A stretch of DNA of 64,000 bases from the human T2T-CHM13v2.0 reference genome, Homo sapiens. Shown here one piece after another: positions 26,788-41,830 of the stretch. The notes under the pieces were generated by a model. That model did not search any database, was not told the origin of the DNA, and saw only the letters and a list, made by a program, of their open reading frames with translations. Location: the NCBI RefSeq assembly GCF_009914755.1, contig NC_060931.1; one strand, given 5' to 3'. Both the position numbers and the translations under genes were made by a program. Each line of letters starts with the position of its first letter. Within the stretch, counting starts at the first letter, position 1.

Positions 26788-27195
26788 CTGTGATATGCTA
26801 CCCGGATCCCTCTTCAGGAGTGACACACATTTCCTCAGCTGCCTGGAAGTTGCTGGGTGTGCTGCCTGGTCAACAACTGTCTGTCTTCAGCTATTTTCAG
26901 GCAATGCCTCATTTGAAGTGACACCTGGCCCAAGGTCACAGCCCCTTCTAGGGACAAGGCAGTATGCAGTGACTGGTCATCTGGATCCCCTCGCCAAAAC
27001 TCTCAAGGATTGATTGTCTAAGCTTCAGAGCTCCCTGTGGGTTGCTAAGGACTTTATTGAGATTGCACAACAACACATTTTTTCGGCTGCCCAGTCCTGT
27101 TTTCCTCTATTCCTTCTCACAGGTGTTGATTTCAAGAGCAATTCCCCCAAATCTTCCTGCACTCAAATCTCCATCTCAAAAAATATGGTAGGTTC
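26788..27195 (+). mobile_element. LTR16-family (ERV-L) solo LTR
   Basis: CCCGGATCCCTCTTCAGG...CAGAGCTCCCTGTGGG...CTGCCCAGTCCTGTTTTCCTC...CTCACAGGTGTTGAT...CCTGCACTCAAATCTCCATCTCA. Confidence 0.75.
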
Positions 27196-27499
27196 TGACT
27201 CTTATAATAAGGTTAGTGAGAACTAAATTCAATATTAATTATTGAAAAGTAAAAAATTACTAATTTTTTAAAAAATGCGGAAAATGAACAAATGTAAAAA
27301 CTCATTGAATTCCATAAGGGGATCAATAAAAGATCAATTAATAATAAAACCTTTAATCACCCCATCTCAACAATCAAAACCTTGAAAATGTAACGGAATA
27401 ATTTTGAATAGCAAGTAAAAGTAAAACATCATGATAATAAACTTAAAAAGAAAAGTATGTGATATATAGAAAATAAATTTAAAATTTTAAAAGAAGAGG

Positions 27500-27745
27500 A
27501 TAATGAGAAGGAATGTCTTACCCTACCATTGAGCAAAATGTCATATAAACCTACGGTAATTTTATCAATTTATTATTGGATGAGGAATAAAGAGGTTATG
27601 AAATAGATGAGCCTAAAAATAAACTCAGGCATATATAATTTAGTTTGTGCTAAAAGTAGCAATTTATATAAGTGGGGAAAGAAGAAACTGGTCAAGAACA
27701 GTGTTGAAATGAGTGACTAACCATTTGCAAAACATTAAGTCAGAT
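27500..27745 (+). mobile_element. Old L1 ORF2 fragment
   Basis: CTTACCCTACCA...TATAAACCTACGGTAAT...AGTGGGGAAAGAAGAAACTGGTCAAGAACAGTGTTG. Confidence 0.55.
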
Positions 27746-28890
27746 TTTTAAGTCATCCCGTCTAAATAAGGTTAAGCCTTAACTTTCCACTTGAGCCTGT
27801 GATTCCCACTCTTCCTGTCCCCTCTGTAACCTCATACAATTTATTTTTCTCATATATTTTTCTGTATCTCCTGTCCCTCCCCCTCCATTCTGTCAACATG
27901 TAAGCATCCTTAAGCCTTTTCTGTCTTAAACAAACAACCAACAATAAGGAAATAAAACCTCTCTCAACCCCTCTAGCTCTTGGAGCTTCCACCGTATTTC
28001 TTGCCTCTTTTTGACTGAAACAGCTTCCTATTGTTACTCTCTTGGCTGCTTCTCCTGCAGTCACTTCTGCTTATAGCAGCTTGTTGTTTGGCCCCATGTC
28101 TTAGACTCAGTCCCTAGAGACAGATTCTGAGACAGAGTATTTGGGCCAAAGGGTTTGTTGTACATGCTCCTAGGAGATGCTCTAATAAGGACACGAGGCA
28201 GGCAGGATTAAACAGGGGGAAGGAGATCTCCAATGTGTTTCCTCCTGAGGCCTCAGTTGATCCTGTGGGGAAGGACTGGAATTCTTCCAATTAAGACAAA
28301 TCTCCTCACCATACAGTCATTGACCTGGGCTGCCTCTTGCATGGCAGTTCTGCAAATGGGGGCACCTGCCTCTGACGGATGGCAATTCCCAGAGAAGGAA
28401 TGAGGTAATTGGCTCTACAGAGAGGGTCTGTATAAGCAACATAGTATGCACTACACCTAAACTTTGAGAGGTTCACAGCTACTTCCTTCCTAAACTCTAT
28501 CTTCCTACCAGGGCAAAGCTTTCCAGGATCCTGATTAGTCTTGTTTCCTGGGAAATTATGAAAAGAAGTGTCAGTTGGATGAACTACAGCCCCTGTTGCT
28601 GCAGCTGATTTCAAAACTATAACTGATACCATCTTCCTGTACCATCCATTGGAGGTTCTCCTCTCCCTCAGCTCACACTTCCATTGATCTAGGAAGTTTG
28701 CCTCATTAGGTGATGCACACCATCATTCTTGAGCAGTATGAGCTCCTGGTTGCTATTCTCAGGCCATGGCAGATGTATTTTCCTATATAGGATTAAAACT
28801 GGGCATGGCAGCACCAAAGAGGCCCAAACATATCCCATCCTGCCCTCATGGGGTAGCAGCTGCCCTTCCTCCTCCTGAAGACCGTATCAA

Positions 28891-29097
28891 TTACCTCTTC
28901 CAGGGTGGTGCCTCCTTTCCTTCCCTGCTGGTTTCTTGGCACAAGGATTCTGGAAGACTGAATAGCAGTAGTAGTCTAAAATTCAATGGTACTGTTATAG
29001 GAACCAGAATTTCCAGACATGTAGAATCTAAAACATATAGGGGAAAACGCCAATTCCCTCCAAGTGGATCACTGGGTGTAATGGTTTCCAGGGCCAC
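28891..29097 (-). pseudogene. ERV-L integrase C-terminus/dUTPase remnant
   Basis: TITPSDPL...LEILVP...VPLNFRL resembles ERV-L TITPSDPL...LEVLVP...IPLNWKL. Confidence 0.65.
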
Positions 29098-29269
29098 TAC
29101 AACTTTAATCTTTCAGTTCCCAAGCCCTTGAATTCTACCTTTGGGGAACAAAGCTCCATATGATGATTGTTGATTTAGGCTGTATGTGACACCCTGGATG
29201 GTGATGCCCATTCTCATAGGGTATCCTTTCTAAGCTGGCACCTCAGCTAGGCTTTTAAGAAGCCAATCT

Positions 29270-29568
29270 GCCAGGTGTGGTAGTCCACACCTGGAGTCCC
29301 ATCTGCTTGGGAGGCTGAGGCCAGGAGCATAGCTTGAGCTTCTGAGTTCTGGGCTGTACTGTGATATGCCAATTGGGTGTCCACATTAAGTTCAGTGTCA
29401 CCATGGAGACCTCCCAGGAACAGGGACCAACAGGTTGCCTAAGGAGTGGTGAACCAGCTCATGTTGGAAATGGAGCAGGTCAAAACTCCTGTGCTGACCA
29501 GTGGTGGGATCACATGTGTGAACAGTCAGTGCACTCCAGCCTGGGTAACACAGAAAGACCCCTTTCTC
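29270..29568 (+). pseudogene. Full-length 7SL (SRP RNA) retrocopy, RN7SL-type pseudogene
   Basis: Colinear with 7SL including the S domain absent from Alus: GAGTTCTGGGCTGTA, GGGTGTCCACATTAAGTTC, CAGGTTGCCTAAGGAG, GGAAATGGAGCAGGTCAAAACTCC. TSD AAGARGCCAATYT at 29257-29269 and 29598-29610. Confidence 0.93.
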
Positions 29569-29848
29569 TCTCTCTCTCTCTCTCTTTTTTTTTTTTAAAG
29601 AGGCCAATTTATCTCTACCAAGCTGATTGCTTCTGAGTTGGGCAGGATATCATAGGAACAGTAGATCCCTTAATCTCAGACAGGACCAGGAGTAGTGTGA
29701 GGCAAGAGGGTCCCCTAGAATGCAACATTTAAGGAGCCACTCAATCTCAGGTTTGTGCCACTTACCTCAGGCTGTTTCTCGTTCCATACAAAATGGCTGA
29801 CCAAGTCCATTACTGGGAGCTCTGCCCATCCAGAAGTTTTCCTCTCGC

Positions 29849-30436
29849 TGTTGATGAAAAAAGTCAAACTCTCTAAATAGTTGAAGAGATTTATTCTGAG
29901 TCAAATATGAATGACCACTGGCCTGTGACACAGCCCTCAGGAGGTCCTAAGAACATGTGCCAAAGGTGGCCGGGCCATCGCTTGGTTTTATCCATCTTAG
30001 GGAGGCATAACGCATCAATCAATACATGTAAGATGTACATTGGTTTAGTCCCAAAAGGTAGGACAACTGGAAGTGGAGGCTTCCAGGTCATAGGTGGAGT
30101 CAAAGATTTCCTGATTGGGAATTGGTTAAAAGAGTTATTATCAATAGAAAGGAATGTCTGGGTTATGATAAGGGGTTGTGGAGACCAAGGCTTTATCATG
30201 CAGGTGAAGCCAGGCAGCAGGTTTCACAGACAAAGATTGTAAATGTTTCTTATCGGACTTAGAGTCTCTTCTATCAGTAATTCCAAAAGGGAAGTGGGTA
30301 TAATGAGGCATGTGTGGCTCCTCCTTCCCTTCATGGCCCAAACTAGTTTTTCAGGTTAATTTTGGAATGCGCTTGCTGAGAGGAGGGGTCCATTCACATG
30401 GTTTTGGGGTTTAGAATTTTATATTTTTGGTTTACA
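29849..30436 (-). mobile_element. MER4-family (ERV1) solo LTR nested in the ERV-L
   Basis: TG...CA termini; GAAGAGATTTATTCTGAG, CACAGCCCTCAGGAGGTCCT, ATCAATCAATACATGTAAGATGTACATTGG; 4-bp TSD TCGC/TCAC. Confidence 0.88.
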
Positions 30437-31341
30437 TCACTGATGACTTGCAGGGCCAGGCTTGAGATAGATTATAGTGTAGAAGCCTCCACTTCTAGCT
30501 TGAACCCACCATAATAATTTACCCATCTATTAATCCTGTTTGTCCTTTTACCTTCTCAGTAGTTGCCATAGGGGTTTCCTGTGAGGCAGCAGGCATGAGC
30601 AGAGGGAAACAAGCTGTACAACCCTGGCAGTTGACTGGGAAGCTCGGCCCCACGTCATGCAGTTTACTTGTACATTCCAGCTTTCTGGATCTGTCATGCT
30701 CAACTCCAGATGTACCAATTCCATCTGGCAATGGATTGCTGCTGGGCTTTTTTGAGCCCTTTATGACTTGGCGATTTAGACAGAATAATGCTCATGAGGA
30801 AAACTCTAGCCATGTGGTTACTTGATGGTCCAGAATCAGATGCCCTCATCTATTAGGCTTGCCATAAAATCCATACAGTGTTTGATCCCACTGCAGATAA
30901 TTCTAGCACTAGAGTCCCAGGTTGTATGGCCTCAGTGACAGGGTTGTTTGCACTGTAGCCTAAACTTGTTCTTTCCTGGAAAGCTCTTTCCTGTTTTTGT
31001 CTCCACTCAAATATGGCAATTTTTCATGTCACTGTCTGTGGTAAATAGGTTAATCAGTATTTCCAGTAGAAGAGCTCCAAAATACCTACTCAGTGTGGTG
31101 ATTTTGTTTTGTTTTTAGTTGTGGGAGATGCAAGATGCAATCACTTGCCCTTTATTTGTCCTCACACACCCAAGATTACTGGGTCCCTAAAAAACTTTAC
31201 TGATTTGGCAGTTTGCTAATACATTGTAGTATGTATCTACCACCCTATGGCGTGCATGAGTCTATTAAGTTTCTGACATACTGTTTACTGCTCGCTCATC
31301 CCATGAGATTAAAATAATGCCTCTGTGACATGTCCAGATAA

Positions 31342-31620
31342 TTAAAGTTCCTTCAGACTCTGATAGACAAGCAGGAGAGCTAACAGTGTCCTGAGGCAAG
31401 ACCATTGTGTGTTGTCCATTACGCATGAATTCAAACTGCTCCTCATCCTACTTCTCATATGAGTGGGAAAGAAGGCATTTTCCGGGTTAATGGCTACATA
31501 GTATGTGCCAGAGGCCATGTTAATCTGCCATAGCAAGTACCTTGCTGACAGCTGCAATTGCGACTACCATTTGATTAAGTTTATGGCAACCCACTAGCAA
31601 CCACAATGATTTATCTGATT
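31342..31620 (-). pseudogene. ERV-L reverse transcriptase remnant
   Basis: LLWQINMASGTYYVAINPENAFF resembles ERV-L RT LLEQIN..GTWYAAIDLANAFF; frame is disrupted. Confidence 0.75.
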
Positions 31621-33359
31621 TTTGCAAATTAAATGGGTATATTACATGGATAATCACCTCTGCCTTGTTTAAATCTCTGGGGGTGGTATTCCTCCTGAGA
31701 CAATTTTTTTAATTAAATAAAGTTATTATCAGGGCTGATGTAGGGGCTGAAGGCAAGTCACACCAGTCCATCAAGATAACTTTCACCTCACAGGTCAAGC
31801 AAACAAAATAAGGGGTTGGGCCCATCATCAAGTATGTCCATTTCAAATACAAATACAGGGAGCAGAGAAATAACCATCAGGTGGGTCTGTGGACCCAGTG
31901 GACCAACTGTGAGCCAGACCTGGCCAAGACTTTATTTATTACCTTTCCTCCTATAGGCACCCATACTAACTGGGAGAGCAAGAGAATCCTGGTGCTTTGT
32001 GTCTCCAGTTTCAAAATCTGTTCTTACCCCGACAACACTTCAGAAAATCTGGAAAATCTTTCCACAATACAGTTACCTGAGCAAATGGTTATGATCCCCT
32101 AGGGAAGTTGTAAGTGATCCTGAATTGAACTGCAGTTTTCTAGGTTCCTTCCCCATCAGGCCCTGGCTTCTCCTTTGTTCATTGCTTGGATTTAACCCTT
32201 AATGTGATCGCCTGCCAGGGAAGTAGGAATAGAGTTTAAAGAGGGCAAACATTGCTTTTTGAGCTGCTGATGCATTTGAGGCCTCTGCATGATCTTCAAG
32301 CAAGGGGGACAGCCACTATATTTTAATTAGAGGGAATGGGCCACATCTTCAGGCACAATGGTTTTATGGAACTCTGGGAGCTCAAGATATTCAATACCAT
32401 TTATCCCTTCCAGGGTCTCTGCTTTTCCTATTAGGGTTCTATCAGTATGCAGAAAAAATTTCAGAGCTGAAAATTTAACCTTTTTGAAGTTCTTCTGCTC
32501 TTATCAATAAATCATGAGCCCGATCCTCTCCTCCCTCTGGCTTTAGGAGATTAGGATTTTCATAAAACTTGCCAAGAAGTCCCTCTGACTCTCATATTTT
32601 GTCTTTAATTGGTGATTTCTCACCTCAAGCCCATCTTTATCTTTATTCAATGATAATCAGCCATAGCCACCCAATTTCAGGATGTATTTGAACTCATTCC
32701 TGTCAAGTGTCAGAGATATTCCATTAGTCAGCATATCCTTTTCTACTGGTATTCTATCCAAGCTCACCATCAGTGAAAGTTTTAACAATTGTACTATCAT
32801 AGCATGGCAGGAGCTATCCATACTACAACTACTATCCTCATTGCCAGCTTGCCAGTGAGAGATCCACCTCCAAAACCCAATTTAGAGTCTACTTTGTAGG
32901 ACTACTTCTTGTACCAGCTAGTTTAGATTAAATTTCCTGAAATTGACTCTGATATGAGAAATTGTGAGCAGAAAGTTTATTGGAAATTATCCTTGGGAGA
33001 TTCACTTGTAAGAAAGTGATGAAGGTAGAATTGGGCAAAGGGAGAAACTGACTCATTCTGCAAGTACAATTGCAATCTCAGCTAAAGCTATAAGAGCTAT
33101 GAAACTAAGATGGCTTTTCAGAGTTATCTCAAATTGAGAGAAGAGGTTCTTTGTATTCTCACATCAGCAAGTATTTGGTCACAGGCCATCCTCTGGGGAG
33201 GGCATAACTCTGGGCAAGGAAGTCCTCTGTTGGCTGAAGACAATTCTCACTAAGGGACACAGCTGAGGACTAACAGATATTCAGAGCAGCTGGGGATGGA
33301 TGTTTGGGCCCTATAGAGATCTGGATGGAGCATGCCACTCTCCTCCACTACTTCACTGA

Positions 33360-34200
33360 TCCACTGAATCTATGCCTGTCTTGTTGCACAATGAACACTT
33401 TTTAGATTTTTATCTTACTTGTGTTTATCCCAGCATTAGGTTTTGTGGTCATTACTCTCGTCTTGAAACACTCTTTTTTCTTGCTTCCTTGAGACCATTT
33501 CCTTGCTGCAATAACCTCTTGGTTTTTCTGTCTAGTCACTGCTTTGTCTCTGCTGTTAGTTCTCTTTCTCTGCATATTTCTTAGATGCTGTTTTTCTCAG
33601 GATTCTGTACAAAGCCCTCCTCATTCCCAGCCAGTATCACAGCCAGTTGTGTAGAATCAATTTCAGTCCAAGTAATGATGACTCCTGAATATAGATTATA
33701 CCTTTATACTGATTGTATCTTAAATAGGCATCTTGCTTTCTTGATATTTGGAAAAGCCACATTTAGGCTCAACATGTCAACAATGGAAACTATCTTCTTT
33801 GTTAAAGATGGGCTCGTCTTCTCAGGTTTTCTATCTTGGTGAAAGTCATCACCTTCCAACAATTACTTTAACTAGAAACCTGGGAGACTTCTTTGCTCAC
33901 TCTCGTTCTCACATTCATTATTCTGTTTCACCAAGTGCGGCTGATTTTACCTCAAGTCTATTTACTTTCCTTTACTTCATTTGCCCCATCTTTGATCAGA
34001 CTACGTCAACAGCCTTCTAATTGGTGCCCATTGCTATTATTCTGAAATTCAAACTTCTTGTGGAATTTTCAATCTCTTTATTTTCTTGCCACTCCTTATT
34101 CCCTACAGCCTATTTCTCACCACTTCTCAATTTCTACTGTTTCTGTTTATCTCTGACCTTTGATTGGACAATCTATTTTTAGCTCTGAGATCTTATTTGT
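33360..34200 (+). mobile_element. L2 LINE fragment (probably continuous with about 27830-28090)
   Basis: CAGCATT...CACTCTTTTTTCTTGCTTCC...CTCAACATGTCAA...GAAACCTGGGAG...; pyrimidine-rich L2 ORF2/3' pattern. Confidence 0.6.
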
Positions 34201-34234
34201 TGCTCACCTTTGAAGAAATGCTATTAAGCATAGC

Positions 34235-34440
34235 TAAAATAGTATAGTATATTGGTTAATAGAATGTGTTCTGAAATTAGAATCCTTTAGGTCAAAGGCT
34301 CCACTGCGTATTAGCTGTAAGCCCGTTGACAACTTACTAAATCTCTTTGAGCCTGAGTTTCTTTCTCACAGATTTGTGGTGAGAATGATACAAGATAGCA
34401 CATGTAACATATTTAGAATATCCTATGTGACAAATAATGG
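34235..34440 (+). mobile_element. MIR SINE
   Basis: GGTTAATAGAATGTGTTCTG...GGCTCCACTGCGTATTAGCTGT...CTCTTTGAGCCTGAGTTTCTT. Confidence 0.65.
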
Positions 34441-34447
34441 ACTAAAC

Positions 34448-36372
<1,925 letters not shown>

Positions 36373-37455
36373 TTGATATTATTACTTCTTCTACTGAACT
36401 TCATATATATTATTGCAATTGCCTATTTTCTCCTTAAATTCTTCCTTAGAGTATAAGTTCCTTGGTAACCTAATATATTCCCTGTTCTAATAAAATAATC
36501 TAGTAATAATTTTACAAGGTTTGTATAGTCTGCAGTGACAATGATTAAAGTCTGTGTAAATCATGCTAAAAAAAAAAGATTAAAGAGCTTGGGAAAGGAG
36601 CAAATAATTTCATTGAGTTCTGAGGGATAAATAAGACAGATACAAGAAAGGAAGGATGATCCCTGTAGAGAAGACAGGATCCGTGAAGGCTTAGACACAA
36701 TTAACAGTAGTTGGTAAGACCGCTGCAAAGCATGGTCAGGGAAGCAGTAGGAGAGGAGATCAGAGGCTGGTAGCAAACAGATGACTACACAAGTCAAGGC
36801 CTTGTTTTCCAGGTGCCTCGTAAACCTTCCTGATTCACTATGAACCTAGAAAGTAAAGGGTCCTTAGGAAAGCAAATAGTAACTTTCTCAACATCCCGGA
36901 TGAAGAGAGACTTACAGTTCTATTTAATTTGATTGAAAGTAATTAAGAAATGTTCCTTCTTTTTTATGTGTGTGTGTCTTTAGGTGTAGAGTCATATCTG
37001 CTGCAGAGTTTCAGTGAAGTATGATTAGCAACATGGCCTTAGGTTTTATATCAAATTTTAGCTGAGGTAGTTATGATAACATACTACTTCATAAAAAAGG
37101 TATATTATAAAATCTATGAGAGATAGAGAGGTTAACTAAGACATAACGTGGGATCACAAACAAGCTGTGTATATTTAACATAGATGGGTCTTGAAAGTGT
37201 TTGAATGCTGTACAAAGGGGAAACCATAGGCTGATGATGAATCATAGTTTTTGAGGAATGAAAATAAATAAAATCCAAAGAACAGGAGGAAGAATTAGAC
37301 TTAACCTGGAGACGAGAAACATTTTCTACCAAGGCTAAGTAGGAAAGTGTACAAATTAAATTATGTTTATGTGGGGAAGAGAAGGATTAAGTACCTGGGA
37401 GAATGAAGGGGACAGTGGTGGGGTGAGAGTACTCAGGAAGAAGATAAAAACTTGA

Positions 37456-37820
37456 TGTTATGGTCCAAATGCTTGTGTTCTCTCCCAAATTTACATGTTA
37501 AAATCCGAATCCCCAAGGCAATGATATTAAGAAGTTCGAACTTTGGGGAGGTGATTAGGTCTTGAGGGTGAAGCCCTCATGACTGGGGATTAGTGCTGTT
37601 ATAAAAGAGGTCCTCTCTGCCTTGCCCCTTATACCATATGAAGATACAGCAAGAAGGCACCATGATGAACTAGGTAAGGGGCCCTCACCAGATTCCGAAT
37701 TTGCTGGCACCTGGATCTTGGATTTCTCAGCTTCCAGAGCTATGAGGAATACATTTCTGTTGCATATAAGCCACCCAGTAAGTTTATGGTATTTTGTAGT
37801 GGCCTGAATGGACAAAGATA
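37456..37820 (+). mobile_element. MaLR solo LTR (MLT1A/MSTD-like)
   Basis: TGTTATGGTCC...GGAGGTGATTAGGTC...GCCCTCATG...TGCTGGCACCTGGATCTTGGA; 5-bp TSD CTTGA/CTTAA. Confidence 0.88.
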
Positions 37821-38004
37821 CTTAAAGAATTCCCTGAGAAGAAAAAAGAAATGAGTATTTTGGGGCGTCATTTAGAATTGTACCTAGGAAGAACTGAGGG
37901 TAGACCTAATATGTTGGTCAGTCTGCACCTTGAAGAAAGAGGATTTGTTGGAGGCTGGAGGAGTAATGATCTGAAAAGGCAATGGGAGCCAAAAGAATCA
38001 TTGG

Positions 38005-38176
38005 TGTCCCCCAAAATACAAAAATTAGCTGGGCATGGTGGCACATGCCTATAGTCCCAGCTACTCAGAAGGGTGAGGTAGAAACCCAGGAGGTTGAGAT
38101 TGCAGTGACCTGTGACGGCAGCATTGGACTCCAGCCTGGGTGACAGAATGAGACCCTGTCTTAAAAAAAAAAAAAA
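38005..38176 (+). mobile_element. 5'-truncated Alu (right arm, AluJ-like)
   Basis: AAAATACAAAAATTAGCTGGGC...GAGACCCTGTC plus A-tail; GAATCAT flanks both sides. Confidence 0.88.
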
Positions 38177-39368
38177 TGAATCATGGCATCATCTATTATC
38201 ACCTTTAACCATATTACATTGGCATTATCTATTTACTGTCCTACCTAATGGCAAGATTTAATCTACAAAGACAATGACTATGGTTTTTAAAATATATTTT
38301 TGTATTCCTGACACTAGAACTATTTTTGTATCCACACAGTAAGCACTGAAAGAAATTGACAGGGATCTGCCTGCAAAGGTAACATTCTGTTTTTATTTTT
38401 TTAAAAATGGTTAACTGTACATTTCCTATGAAATAGGGGTTTATGGAGACAAAATGGAAAGGTGTCATAAGGAAATAAGTTGTGAGGGCTGGAAAGAGAA
38501 AGAAGGACAGAGAAAAGTTGTGATGAGGACACAGTGTAGGAGAGAAGGACAGAGAGATTTGCATTGAAGCTCATTGTTAAGTAGGGCAGAGTGAGATGAA
38601 CTGACCTCAAGCTGAAATTCTGGCCTCAAGTTGTTTCCATATTAAAGTAGTTTGATTCTAAATTGTATGTTTTATTTGGAGTCAACATTTGCAGGCTCTG
38701 TTTTGGAATATCAACAGGATATTGGTAGGAAGTTGTTTTTTGCCTGATCAGAACTCAACAAAAGAAATGGTGTGGTTGACCCAAGTTATGAAGTCATGTT
38801 ACAACAACCAGTACTAGGATATGTTTTAAACTAATCCCTCAGCATATAAACCAGTTTATATAAACCAGTCTTTAATTCTGAGTACTTCAGTATTATTTCT
38901 GCCTGTTCCTTTTCTTCTTTTAGCTTTTTCTGCTCTCTCTCTCCCCTGTTGTACCTCTGCCTAATATTTCCTTGTTTTTTAAATTTACCCTTTATTCTTT
39001 CCCTAACCCTTTCTCCTTTGTGAGGAAGGGGGAAAGTTTGTGTGATGAGACCTAACACAGAAAAATCAACATGAAGAAAAGAGAGGGGGGCTATGAAGTA
39101 CAATAAGCATGTCTTTCTCTTCCCTGTTACATAGAAAAATGTCATCCACAAGCTGTGTTTGATTAGAAATAAACTGCATCAATTATCCAAAGTGAACAAT
39201 GAGCATGGAAGAAAGAATTTCAGGGTCATGGGAAACACTAAGCCTAGACTCAAATGCCTTTGTCCTTTAATTTTAGCTTTGTCATTTACGATCTGTGTGA
39301 TTTCTGGTGAGTTTTCTTTTCTGAATCTCAACTTTCTTATTTCTTAAATGAAAATGTTATTCTGTAAC

Positions 39369-39897
39369 TGTGGTAAGCAGAATCCTGGTCCTTATGATCA
39401 TTGCTCCCTGATGTTACACCCATGAATGTGTTACTTTACATGATATAAGGAACTTTCAGGATGTAATTAAGGTTACTAATATGTTGAGTTTAATAAGATT
39501 GTGAGATTATGCTGAATTGTCTAGCTTCACCCATTGTACTCATATGAGACCTTCAAAGTAGAAGAGGAAGGAAGAAGAGCAAGTTCGAGAGATTCAGGTC
39601 ATGAGTAAGGTTCTGTGTGCTGTTGCTGACTTGAAGATGAAAAGGGCTGCCTGGAAATCAAAAGAAGGAATAAATTCTGGCAACAATCAGTTATCTTGGT
39701 AGAGGACCCTTAGCCTCAGTGGAGACCTGCAGACCCGTCCAGCACTTTGACTTCAGCCTGCTTAGAGGCTGAGCAAAGAATCCAAACATGCTGTGACCTA
39801 TAGAGCTTCTGACCTATAGAAACTATGAGATAATAAATTTGCATTGTTTAAAGGTGCTGAGTTTGTGTGAATTTGTTATTGCAGCAATAGAAAACTA
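39369..39897 (+). mobile_element. MaLR solo LTR (MLT1D/E-like)
   Basis: TGTGGTAAGCAGAAT...GATGTAATTAAGGTTACTAA...TTTGTTATTGCAGCAATAGAAAACTA. Confidence 0.82.
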
Positions 39898-41614
39898 CTA
39901 CTAGTAGTACTACTAATATTACAAGAATTAAAGGAATTGACACATGTTGGAGTTTAGGGAGTAAATAAATCACATCTCTTTCTTCTCTCAAATAAAGGAC
40001 CAAGTGAGAAAGAAGACAGAAAGGATAAATGGAAAATTTACTAATAAAGACTGAATTGCATGACACGACCTCAATGTGTGGCCATCATAGGCTTTCTAAT
40101 ATTTTTCTCTGGAAATAAATGTACACTTCTAGTCATGATCAGAGTCAAATACGTCAGGCATCCTCTGTAGAAGTAGATTATTTACTACGTGGTTGAGGAG
40201 AGACTAAATAGCAGCATGAAATAGTATGAGAGAGACCATGTGCTTGGGCTGAGCAAGGTTATTTCCTGCTCACAAACTCACTAATTGGATCATTCATACT
40301 TGCCAATGAGTGAAAAGAGAGACTGGGTTGGCTACTCCAACTAAAATGCTTCCACATGGAAAAATAGTCCATGAGAACTAAGTCCTTAGCAAAGAACCTG
40401 GCACAAATTAAATGCCTCATATATAGCTATCCCAAAGTGGCAATTATTTGGCTTTCCTAGCATTGTCAAATTTCCTGGGTTTGGGACCCATCCCATTTCA
40501 GTGTGGCTCTTTCTCCTGAATTTGGTCCTACTCCCTCACATTGACCTCCCTGTGCTGAGAGAGTCAAGGCCCAGAGGTCTTCATTTCAGCACCCAGAGGA
40601 GGTTGGCATCTCCTGCTTGTAGACCTTCATGTAGCCGCCCTACTCCATCCACTTCCTGTTTTATTACCCTTGGGAATGACCTATTGGGTCTCATAAACTT
40701 GAGACCAGGTTCTCTGTGTTTAGCAAGTGTAAACTTACAATGCATATAGAGACATCCTTGTAGATGAGTTTTCAATAAAGAGAAAGGTGGTAGGGCTCTC
40801 TTCTGTCCCCATTTTAGACACTTTGCACCTACCACTTGGAAATCAAAAGATCCTCCATTGAACTTGAGTATTCTTGGAACTCATCCAGTAGTGGCAGCCT
40901 TTTTCTAATTTTAAGAAACATATGATACAAATACATCAAATTTTATAACGTTCACTATTGATAAAACTTTGCTAAATGTGTATTATCATCTAGGGACCAA
41001 CAGTATCTAATTTGGCACAAAATTATTGGTGGTGTAATTTCATGGTTAATGTTCATCAATAATTTATAGTACTACACAAAAAACTTGATGACTTTCATAT
41101 CTATTACCAAAACAAATTTCATTTAAAAAATGACGTGATATTAGTGATGGGAATTTCAGACTATGTGAGAAAAGATATAGGGCTGTAGTTCTCTACTGAG
41201 GAATTCTGAAGAAGGAGCACACATTGCAGAGGAGTATCATAAATCACAAACTTAAATAGTCACTGCTTTAAAATCTAGGCTGGCTCTGACTATAACACTA
41301 TTTTATACTCCTCTTTCCCAGCCAATTAAAATTCCAGCAATTACATGGCATTCCAGTTGGCTATTTTTGCTATCTGCGTAAAGGCATGCAATCATCTTAG
41401 AATTATAGGATGTGGAAGGAAAGTGAGAATAGTGCAAACGCCTCTTAGTTAAAAAATACATATATTTTCTTGAGCTTTATAAGGAAAAGAAAACCCCATC
41501 TCATGGCACTACCAAGATGCCACAGTCTATTCCAAAACATTTGTGAACATTAGTATGTTCACTTAAAAAAATCTTTTGTTTTTGCTGCATTTATGCAAAA
41601 TGCCTGTGAAGAAT

Positions 41615-41750
41615 CTATGAGACCTTTGATAAGTTACTTATCTTTTCTGTGCTTCAGCTTTCTCATCTGAAAAATGGGGACAATAATAGGGGTTTCATTT
41701 TATCCAACAACATGGATGTTTTTGAGTAGTAAATTAGCACCTCTCTCTTT

Positions 41751-41785
<35 letters not shown>

Positions 41786-41830
41786 GCTTAGAATAGTGAT
41801 TAACACATAAAATGACATAAGCTATTATTA
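41615..41830 (+). mobile_element. MIR containing an (AC)14 microsatellite (41755-41782)
   Basis: GACCTTTGATAAGTTACTTA...CTGTGCTTCAGCTTTCTCATCTGAAAAATGGGGACAATAATAG. Confidence 0.75.

Larger units (their letters stand above)
28097..33352 (-). mobile_element. Decayed ERV-L (LTR16/HERV16-type) provirus with two LTRs
   Basis: LTR16-like copies at about 28097-28455 and 32919-33352. PBS-like TGGTACAAGAAGTAG (minus strand, 32916-32902) lies next to the 5' LTR. pol remnants lie between the LTRs. Confidence 0.8.

Noticed and set aside
29270-29568. Functional SRP RNA gene
   Set aside because: Many substitutions and CpG decay, a TSD, and location inside an ERV indicate a retrocopy.
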